Source: Tubiluchus corallicola (lineage: Eukaryota; Animalia; Priapulida). Taken from it: a DNA stretch of 64,000 nucleotides. Under the pieces are notes generated by a model that saw only the letters and a list, made by a program, of their open reading frames with translations, was not told where the DNA came from and ran no database searches. Positions 55,101 through 64,000 of this stretch are shown one piece after another. Positions within the stretch are counted from its first letter, which is position 1. Each line of letters begins with the position of its first letter. The stretch is taken from NCBI GenBank assembly GCA_030141605.1, contig JAQGDQ010000181.1, forward strand, positions 335,124-399,123. Direction: 5' to 3'. The translations under genes were made by a program, and so were the position numbers.

Positions 55101-55864
55101 TATTGGGTAAGTGATACGAGCTGTCTTTCTTTATTTTCTTATGATTGTTAAATACTAGCATTTTTTGAAACATGTTGGTTGTAGATGCATGTGCCAATAG
55201 GCATACGTGTACTTTGTACCATTATTGTAATATATGAAATAAAAACTTGTACTCAAAAGTACTGTAACAATAACCAATATTATGTAGATTTTTTATGGCT
55301 ACCAACTGTTGTAGGAGTCTACTATTTTTATTTATTGATGTATTGAGTTGAATTATATTAGCACTGGAGCATGGCTGGAGCAGCATACATTGTAACTACT
55401 CAACTGTTTTCTCCACCTGAATACAGAAAAGCTCATTTTACCTCAATAACATAATCAACATAGCATTAACAAATGATGCGACTACTAAGAGAGACAGGGT
55501 GGCAAAAAGACCGACATATCATAGAGTCTACCAACCTTCAACTAATTTAATAACAAAACTCTACTTAGATTAGTACTGTGATCTATGTAAATTAAACTAT
55601 AATGTAAATGTATTTTAAATTATTATATTTTATCTGAAGGCAAACAAGGAACATAAACTATTATTGCAAATTTATAGCTCAAGCAGTTGGACCGAACTTG
55701 CTCTTAAACTTGCGTTAATATAATTATGCATGCAGTAACATGTTTCTGTTCATTTAAGTTAGGTTTATCGTTCAATAATAACAATTAACCAAAAAATAAA
55801 ACCAATCACCTTCATTTTGCAGCTTATCGTGCAATTTTCGAATAAACTTCTTGGATTTTTTCAT
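35054..55864 (-). CDS. Large uncharacterised protein (~2,750 aa): predicted helical N-terminus plus giant disordered, repeat-bearing exon; interrupted by a transposon
   Basis: Exons (minus): 55864-55810 (MKKSKKFIRKLHDKLQNE), 54360-54237, 53502-53309, 52191-52121, 51745-51494, 50830-50657, 50306-50219, [one unresolved exon ~50120-49930], 49670-49616, 48693-48516, 48156-47999, 47808-47701, giant exon 46128-35973 (minus the insertion), last exon 35088-35054 (DNTDEVKQVRK*). Phases are consistent except at the unresolved junction. Confidence 0.75.
35973..41038 (-). CDS. 3' part of the giant exon (downstream of the insertion)
   Basis: Stop-free for >5 kb (track ORF 35959-41049); S/T/E/K-rich; ends at donor TCAG|GTATAT, phase 1, matching the terminal exon. 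Confidence 0.85.
36180..37935 (-). repeat. Coding tandem array, 123-bp (41-aa) unit, ~14 copies
   Basis: Unit EEQSPARARKRKSATVDNRRKMADSKDKAAEPQRESVCTSN; GCAGGTGATTGTTCTTCG recurs at 36791 and 36914 (123 bp apart); outer copies are longer and more divergent. Confidence 0.95.
41043..44446. mobile_element. 3.4-kb non-autonomous TIR transposon, Kolobok-like, inserted in a coding exon
   Basis: TTAA at 41039-41042 and 44447-44450; termini GAGTCATTCCG...CGGAATGACTC; imperfect inverted repeats extend ~490 bp (41043-~41530 versus ~43950-44446). TTAA TSD with RR...YY termini fits Kolobok rather than piggyBac. No transposase ORF inside. Confidence 0.9.
42606..43830. repeat. 1.2-kb compound (GA/CA/GACA) microsatellite inside the transposon
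   Basis: GAGACACAGA/GAGACAGA units, almost no T on +, pure (CA)n run at ~43055-43116. Confidence 0.97.
44447..46128 (-). CDS. 5' part of the giant exon (acidic, E/D/S-rich)
   Basis: Acceptor TTTTAG|GAT GAA GAC at 46128, phase 0; open to the TTAA at 44450-44447. The last ~40 aa of track ORF 44323-46077 (KSHSARKPC...PQPKY*) are read from the TIR. Confidence 0.85.
46495..46893 (+). repeat. Dispersed repeat family C, copy 1
   Basis: Direct, diverged match to 48990-49466 (e.g. TTTCTAAGCTGAGATAA...CACTGAAAAAC.TAATC.TGAGAAAA, TAAATCCAGTAGA.GGCTCTTCCTGAC). Confidence 0.8.
46904..47526 (+). mobile_element. Truncated Tigger/pogo transposon: DDE transposase pseudogene fragment plus right TIR
   Basis: Frameshifted translation WMTAVLFNEWL...DNCTAH...F/[27 protein letters not shown], typical of the pogo/Tigger/CENP-B DDE domain; ends TGAGTCTATTAAACGGTGACTACTG followed by TA. 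Confidence 0.88.
48990..49466 (+). repeat. Dispersed repeat family C, copy 2
   Basis: Matches 46495-46893 and has extra internal segments absent from copy 1. Confidence 0.8.
53728..53868. repeat. Degenerate ~32-bp minisatellite
   Basis: ATGCTAAACTATACACATCTTAC-like unit repeated about four times. Confidence 0.7.
53871..53952. mobile_element. 82-bp Tc1/mariner/pogo-type mini-MITE
   Basis: TIRs CAGTCAAACCCCGTTA / TAACGAGGTTTGACTG, followed by TA. Confidence 0.7.
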
Positions 55865-56433
55865 CTTTCTTTCTAATTAATCAGCGTAACAATGTATAAT
55901 TTTGTATAAAAAATTTTTCAACACATTAATGCGGTGCGCGGTGGAGTGTAGTGAGTCGACATCTATTGGTAATTATGGAAACTGTGGAAAGACCAAACTT
56001 TACTTTTTTTGTTGAGCGGTGGCGCCACGCAAACTTTACCGCTTTACTGCCATATAAAAAAACGTTCTAAATTAAAAACTTCCCATAAAACGCATCACTT
56101 TTAATCCCTACGCATACTTTCAGGAACAACCTACGATTGCTACATGCACCTATTTGTTACAGTAATAAAACAAATTAGTTAATTTTTTTACGGAAAAATC
56201 AAGCTAATAAAAAGTTCGTTAAAGTGTGTATTAATCCGTTCCTAAAAGCAAAGGAGTTCAGTGATCTCCTTCTGAATTTATTAGTGAATGTAAAATTTTT
56301 GTATGTTTTTGGTTTTATACGTTTATCTTTTTTGTAATTTCTTTGACGCTAGTTGGATAGAGTATGCGACTTCGTCACAACCATTTTATAGCTTTTTACA
56401 CAAATCTATGAGGGCTAATTGTGTGGTAACTTA
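55865..56433. promoter_or_regulatory. Putative second divergent promoter region
   Basis: ~570 bp between oppositely oriented candidate ATGs, with local CpG-rich patches (55931-55960, 56012-56042); strand skew flips here. Confidence 0.4.
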
Positions 56434-57881
56434 ATGACTGACGCCATGATGATGAACCCGAACACTAAAAAGAGAGGGTCACGTACTATGCCGGGAAGGT
56501 AAAAGAAAATTCTTATTTTTCTGTTGATACTTGATACATTTGTTATTAGATAGCTTCATCGCTTCACACTACATTGTAAACTAAACCGATAGTATAGCAA
56601 TTGTAAGCTACCATATACTATTTTTATGCATGTGTTTTGTAAACTAGTTAGTAGCAAAGTATCTTCTCTTCTACCCACAGTTCCAGTTCATGCTGTAGTA
56701 GATAGTAGTAGATAGACAACTACTACTCTGTAACTAATTAACAATCACGAACTAAAATTTGAGGAGTTTGTGGCAGTAGATTAGAAAGAGACTGAAAGAA
56801 AACTTAGATAAGTGTAATCTCAAGTTCATTATAGTAAGTGGTCCACATTTTTATGACAAGTCACCTGGGGAGGACTTGCCCCTATCATGGCCAATGGCTG
56901 CTCCAGGTAAGTATAAGGGGTTACAGTTAGAAAGGGGAAATACTGTAATGACAAATAATTGTGCTAATACAATACAAAATAACGAGTATCCAATACACAA
57001 CTATCCAGAAACTTTTCTCGCATTCCACATGCCAACAGAACAGGTGTTCAGATGGCAAGAGGCCAAAAGAACCACAGAACCATTACTTGCCAACTAAGAT
57101 ATAGAGCTCTCTGTTAGCAGGCCTATGTTATGATTTCATTATGGTTCAAACCACAACGTGGAGAATGCGAAAATAAATGGATTTCACTATGAATACTGGG
57201 TTGGAGAACTAGAATTTTTAATGCTACTTGCACATCTTCATATATCTCCTATCAGTTAAATGAGGTATCTGTTGATGTCCTTCTTTGAAGCAGTTAAGGT
57301 TATCGTTAACAGGGTTTCAAACAACTTGAAAAATTGCACAGTGCTGAAGTTAGTACAGGTATTAATTTAATGATTTGTTTAAAGTTTTCCAGTAATTATT
57401 TGTTTAAGAGGAAATTGAGGAGCTAAACTTCAAAATTGAAGATTTTTCGTGCTTTTTTTCAAAAGCTCTAGTCCGATTCTGGCTGTCTTTTGGACTGGTG
57501 TTTGAGTCCTTGTTTGGTTCTGATTCGTGTTATCTAGATGTCCACGATAGTCCTAGTGCTGTATAGTAGTGCTGGTTTTCTGGTCATGGATTGCAACTAC
57601 ACGTTATGCTCTGGACTAGTTTAATCGTGGCTTTATTATTATTATTATTAATTATTAATTTTTTATCATATAAAACTTTATACAGTAGTGTGATTTTAGT
57701 ATTAACAGTTATTAATACCATGAGTGAAAATTTTCTTTAGTGTTTATAAAAGCATCGTGATTTCAGTATTCTACTTGTAACAATATTTAACCTTCAATTT
57801 ATTTCTTGGCAAGTCTCATGTTTTTTATTGATTTTCAGGGGTGGTGGTGGAAACCGATTCAAACCAGAGCGAAACATACAG
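56434..57881 (+). CDS. Probable first exons of an unidentified gene (continues to the right)
   Basis: 56434-56498 (MTDAMMMNPNTKKRGSRTMPG, donor AAG|GTAAAA) joins in phase to 57839-57881 (RGGGGNRFKPERNIQ; TTTTCAG acceptor, CAG|GTAAAG donor). Further candidates (58726-58757, ~59082-59159, ~60696-60882) are uncertain. Confidence 0.45.
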
Positions 57882-60800
57882 GTAAAGCTAATGTATTGTG
57901 ATTATACACTAATCGAATTTGAGTATATTTTTGCATCGATCTTTTCTTGCTTTTCTCAAAATGGAGTGTGGCTACTCATGACACACATGTTCCTATTACT
58001 GAAAGATTTGTTTTCTTTTTATTCGGCAAATACTCACTACTGGTGCTCATGATACGTGCCAATTATTTGCCAAAACTAATTAACAGCAAATTTAAACTTC
58101 AGAGTTGGATTATAATTATACATAAGTACTTCATGTAGCATTACAAAAAATTGGTAAAAAAAAGTTGGTAAAAATGTAATTTTTTTGACAATTTTTTAAC
58201 AGTTCATATGTCTACTTTCACACACTTCTAGATATCTGAAAAGTTAGCCATTTGGACAGGTCAAAGTTTTTTGGCAAACTAGCAAAATTTTGGACAAGTT
58301 ATTTTATTTTAAAAAAAATTGTGCTGGCTATTGATATTTTTGAATAGCAGATTGCAGTTTATATTACGAATTTGTTGCAGCTTGACAGTTTGCGAGGCCT
58401 TGTTACAACATAGTGCCAATCTGCCAAATCATTTTCTACATTTACTGTTTATGTTTTTTAATTATTTTACAAGCACTGTCGTATTAATTTGGTCACCTCA
58501 GGCTTGTGTCAGTAGTATCTACAGTCATTACAGTGTCAGCCATTATTGATACTATTACGTACACTCCAAATTTATATTTATTAGCAAAAGTATCAATTCC
58601 AGTCAGTGGGTAATCTCTGAACTAAAAATGATGATTGGTTATGGGAACCAACTGTTTTACTGGAAATATTCACTGCCTCAAAACTGAAGTGAAGAACAGC
58701 TTACATAATTAAATTTTGTTTCTAGACTATGCTCAGTATATTGCAGCTTATAGCATCGTAAGCTAAAGTCGCTTAAATGAAAAAAATGTAATATTAAAAT
58801 GTAAAATGTACCGCTTTTCATTTTGTCGAGTTCTTGACGTATTTCATTTTGCATGTTTTCAACAATACAAATGCAGCAGCTTGACTAGGGCATTTTTAAA
58901 CAGAAGTTGAATAGGTAATGCTCACAATGTAATAAGCGCTTTTTTAATTTTTAAGCGAAATGTTTTTAAATCTGCGTAGTCATACACCTTTTTAACAGTC
59001 ATTGTACACGGTACTGTTATTAACTGAACCTCATTTAAAGCCGATGTTTAGAACAAGCAGTTTGTGTGTTTATTTAGTTTAGCTTATACGTGCGCTCTGA
59101 CCCTGCTCGCATTACCAGAAAGAGAAAACTTTGCCACGAGCATTCCAGGCATTGTACCTGTAATCTTAGATGCCCTTCATTCTCTTCTGCTTGCTAAATC
59201 CTTGGCCCATTTATTTAATCTGCAAAGAGAATAAGTCTATAAGTTCTTATCGTGGATTCTATGATATGTACAAGTCTGGTACAGTTCAGTGATTTTTGTT
59301 GGAAATAGTTATAGTCCAGAATATGCAGAGTTAGCAAATAGCCAAAATTGCTTTATAGGACAGTTGCATGACTCCCTCAAAGAGGTGCTAAATTTTCATC
59401 ACGATTTTTTTGCGTAAATTACTTGTTGTGTCTGCTGTTCTTGTTTCATACACTTTCATACACTGTTCATTGTTTGCATAAGACAATTCCATGATCCCTT
59501 CCTGAACGAGGTGCTAAATTTTCATTACATTTTTTACATAAACTATTTGATTGTTTTGGCTAGTATTTAAAGATAGCAAGCATATTGGAAAGAGACATGG
59601 CAACAGTCATCAAACATTCTGTATCAGCCACCATTCTTAAATATCACATTACGTTATTAAGCTACTGTTTAGAGCCTAAAAAGATTTCTACTTAATTTAA
59701 CAATTCCTGTCAGTTTAGCCAGTTTTTGAGTGTTTGTAACATAATGATTGTTCAGTCAACCACACAGACAGCCCGAAGCACTGACTATGCCATTAGGGAC
59801 TATTTTTGTTCATTAATTGTTTTCCCAGTGGCATACTCATTTTCTGCCTACCCAAGATTTGTATGACTGTGTGTGTGTATATGTGTGTCATTTACCAAGC
59901 AAACTGAACTTGTGTAAACATTTTAGCTTGTTAGCCCGTGTTATTTTCACTAACTGACTCAAGGTTCGAGGGCTTGTTTTAATTTTGAAAGGCTTCTGCT
60001 ACAGACAAACCGAACTTTCACTTTTCTTTTTGAGTGTGAGTGAGACTTTACAATGTAGTGCTAGAGTGCCGATGCTTAATGTATAATAACATTTAATGTT
60101 CCACATATTTATGGGTATTAATATTTTGTGTGACCTGTGTGAATTAATATCTACGAAGGTACAACGAATAGTAAATAAAAACAAAAATAACTTATGTTTA
60201 TCGAAGAACGAGACACCATAAACAACAGCGGCAGCTGTGGGATTATAAAACAATTTAACAGAGTCAAAAACTTGTGTCGTGCTTCTGCAAACTTTGAAGT
60301 AAAATTTAGCGTACTTTCCAAGAAACTTCTGGCATTCACAGAATTATAAATTAAGTAGATCCTAACAGATTCTGGAAAACTCATTTTTGATTATTGCAGT
60401 TTATTGTGTATCGTTGCTTTGCTTGCTGGTGATTGCAATGCAAGTGTGTGTAGAATCGCTGATCATTTTTAAGTGTATTTTTGTTACTAAAACATCTTGA
60501 AATTCAACATGTTTGATGTGCTACAGTTTTGTGAAACCCTGTTGAGTATGGTGAATGTTTTGTTTCATTGGTAACTATGTTAACTGTTGAACTAGATAGT
60601 GATTTCGGTTATCCTGGACAGATATTTTCATCATCGGTTTGGACAAGTGTTTTGAATGCTCTTGTTTTGTGGATGTTCTTCTGTTATTCCATTAGGTGGT
60701 TCTTGACGAGGGTTTCTTACTACATCTACGCATCAGACGAACTGGAATATTATTAATCATGTGACGTTAGTGCACTTTTGAGGATTTATTTATTGCAACT

Positions 60801-60965
60801 TAAACCAGGATGGTACTTTACTGAAATCATGGCTCCAATTGATATTGATTTAGCGTGCATACATCAGATTTCCTTACATTCTGTGAGTTTCTGTTCTTGT
60901 TTTTTTGTGCACATTTTCACGTCTTGCAACTTTTCTCTTTAGTCTTCATTAGTACAAAAAGTTAA

Positions 60966-61642
60966 TGGACAAGAAAAGAAATGGAGGTATCTGAAGTAGG
61001 TTTCAGAAAAGTTACCTTAAAAAATTATATTACTTTTAGCAATTTTATGCACATATTGTACTCTCGTTAAAAGGAATTTTTGTTTGTTTTCATTTTAAAT
61101 CTCCCGCATTACTGTTCCGAAGTCGCCATTGCATGACGTTACCTACGCAAACATAAATCAGGTGAAGAAAGGGCAATGTTAAATTATGTCCCAAAAAAAC
61201 TTTCCATGCAAATCTATATTACTTAGCATTTCGATTACCTGCTGGAGAGATTTATGTAACTAGAAATGATTTAAAATATTTGTGTCAATTGTTAAAATGT
61301 CGCTGGCTCCCCCTCCAGGATGTGCCACTCACTAGCCAATAACATATTTTTAATCTCATTAGCAAGTTAACAGCAATTTAAAATTTTACTTAGTTAGTAA
61401 CATGAGTGTTACGCATGCTCTGATTATTTTTGTACACTTAATGGAATGTTATCTAAACTTATGTCAAGCGACCTACCATTGAAATTGCTGCGACTAATGG
61501 TCATTGCAGGAGTTTAAATTTACAAGTTTTGTACATCGTTACTGCCGACCAAGCCCTGCATGCAAAAGGGCAGTATGTAAGTGGTACAAAAATTTAAGAC
61601 AAATTTTTTAAGCTTGCTGTAAGTGGAGGTTTTTCTTGTGCT
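60966..61642. mobile_element. Kolobok-like non-autonomous element, family A copy 2 (inverted)
   Basis: Collinear reverse-complement similarity to 709-1365 along its length; TTAA at 60962-60965, right TSD decayed. Confidence 0.75.
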
Positions 61643-62213
61643 GTAGCAATTCTAAACCTCTCGTAAAGCTTATCGAACTTGCTTTAAGTTAGTCGCTGGT
61701 CAGTATCTGAATATCAATTATACAACTGACTCAGCTGTAAAAACGATGCAATTTTATTAGTTAGTGAGCAACCACAAATGTAAATTAAGGACTACAGTGG
61801 TTAATGTCGTAGACATCACTTATGCATAAAGCTGAATATTTTATTAGATCATAATACATACATTTTTTGGGATAAATTTAAATGTTTTTGTGAAGGCTGA
61901 AGGGACTAGTTTTTTATAGATCAGAGAATTATCAGATAAAAATTACGCTAGTATTACCAATATTTGTTTGACTATGAATCACCTACTGATGCACCAGAAA
62001 AACGCCAGAAAGGCAGTCTTTATCCAGTCATTAGTATCCTCAGTCATCATTGTACATAAAAACTGCAAAATACTTTCAATTCAGAATTTGTTCACCAACC
62101 TTGGGGGCAGCATGGCACAGTAACTACAGATGACTTCTTTTCTTGCATGCTTAGCCGTGAAGATTACATGCAAGGTCTTGAGTCACAGTTTGCTATATGC
62201 CAAAGGGTCATAA

Positions 62214-62332
62214 GGACCTCCTTTTCGGTGATAAAATTCTGGTCATTCATATTATACAAGTAATCTTAACATATTTCATATGGACCTCCTTTTCGGTAAT
62301 AAAATTCTGGTCATTCATATTATACAAGTAAT
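62214..62332. repeat. Near-perfect tandem duplication (~50 bp)
   Basis: GGACCTCCTTTTCGGT.ATAAAATTCTGGTCATTCATATTATACAAGTAAT occurs twice. Confidence 0.85.
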
Positions 62333-64000
62333 TGCACCACTTCTTTGATGTTTCTTTCTTTGTTTTAAATCCATTGCTATCAATTATCTTTTTAAAACAG
62401 TTCTTGTAAAAGAAAACTTGTTGCCTGACAAGTTCTAGCTTCACTAGAAAGCTCTGATCTCTGATATGACAGTCTGGAATCTTATTGTTGCTTCTTAATG
62501 ACATTATTTTGCCTCACTGTAAAAATCCGTGATGCCGTTATTCATTACCTTCTAAATAAACATTTTATAATTATACGGAACCTGTTCACACTGTGTTTGC
62601 TTGTTTCAGTTGAGAACAGATTTGAGCTTTGTTATTTTCTGCCTATTTTCCTGTGTGGTGCCATGTGGTCTCTTTCAAGAGGATTCAAGGTGTCCTTGTA
62701 TGAGCTAGGCAGAGTTCAGCAGAAAAGTCAGTAACTGTGTTTAGAAATGTTTCAGTATGCAGTGCAAGCTGTCAAATTAACTCGTGGATGAAAATAGGCA
62801 CAGTCTTGCTGTGTGTTTGATCCTCGAAAATATTTGTCATTCTTATTCATTGATTTATTACTAATCAGTTTAATAATAATAATAATAATCATAATAATAA
62901 ATTTATTTATTATACACAATATGTCTTAAAGCACTTTACAGCAATTGAGAAGATGTTACAACTGCAAAGTTAAATTACGAAGTTAAAAATATACCTTCAC
63001 AAACTTCAACAAATCATCAAACTTTGCACTAACAAAATAGCAGGAAGTTATCAAAATTGAATGACAGAATGAGACAAATTAAGAGAATGACAATGACAAT
63101 CCGAAGTTAGAGAAACAATCTTAAAATGTCTTTGTTAAAACTAATAAACTTGTCATTAATCGTTACGCAAAATTAAAGTTAATAAAATAGTTATTTAAAC
63201 ATTAAAGAGATGGGTTTTTGAGTGTTTTCTAAAAAGTGCAAAATCATTAATACATCATAATGTGTTGGGGAGGTTAGTTACGCAAAATTAAAGTTAATAA
63301 AATGTCAAATAGTTGATTGGAGGAACGAGTCTGATGTTCATCATCGCTTTCCTGTTATGAGCTGTAAGCTACCGTTCCACGTTAGTCTCTGTTTTCTAGT
63401 TGACCTTTCCCAGCATTCTCTTGGGTTACACATTCAACTGAGATTTTGTGTGGCTGAAAATACAAGTTCCTTACTTATTATGGTCATCACCTGGTCCAGG
63501 ATTCTAGACTCCAAACAGCCATGTATAATAACTTAACAGATACGCAGCTACACAGCTATTGTTACGTATTCATGTATATTGTGATTAACGTGGTATAACT
63601 TTTTACCCGCTTCATAATTTTAGGTATTTTAAAAGTATTAAAATGAAGTTGTATAGCTTTGTACTATATGATAAGACATTAATAATGAATGTATTCGAAC
63701 TTTCGTATTCGTATCTGACTGGTCCTTATTCTTTTCCCTATTTTTCGGAAATGTGCCCTCGCGAATTCAGTTAAAGAAGACATCGGTTAAAGAGTCACAG
63801 GTAAAAATGTCGTAGAAAAAAAAAGAAATAACCCTAGCCATAATTAATTGTGACTTTGTTACTGGTAAGACGCAGTTAAAGGGAAATCTTTCATATTTGC
63901 AATTATTTACATATTTGAGCTTGTGAAGCCTATAGAACAGCAAACTGAGTCTGCAAATCCTTACAGTCAACAAATGATATTATCTGTCTGGCAATGAATT

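Noticed and set aside
35054-55864. Naming the gene RIF1, MKI67 or MDC1
   Set aside because: Architecture is only analogous; no FHA, BRCT or C-terminal SILK/RVxF motifs were seen.

Overview
AT-rich, intron-containing animal (invertebrate-like) genomic DNA, not prokaryotic. Four genes lie in a divergent/convergent arrangement. (1) A TRAFD1/XAF1-family zinc-finger gene on - (10 phase-consistent exons, 12532 to 161, running off the left edge) appears to use two GC-AG introns. (2) A complete 7-exon PPM1E/PPM1F-type PP2C phosphatase on + (14000-29393, 402 aa) shares a short divergent promoter with gene 1 and has an in-frame uORF. (3) An unidentified gene of about 2,750 aa on - (55864 to 35054) has a predicted helical N-terminus and one giant exon (about 6.75 kb) encoding acidic disorder plus about 14 copies of a 41-aa SPxR/RKRK repeat. 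(4) The probable 5' end of another gene lies on + from about 56434. The most striking feature is a 3.4-kb TTAA-flanked, long-TIR, Kolobok-like non-coding element (41043-44446) inside the giant exon. Removing it plus one TTAA restores the reading frame exactly, and its ends also offer phase-compatible splice signals and an in-frame ATG. Introns carry many DNA-transposon derivatives (Kolobok-like, Tigger/pogo, hAT, MULE-like) and a probable tRNA-derived SINE. All gene models were assembled by eye; no database searches were run.
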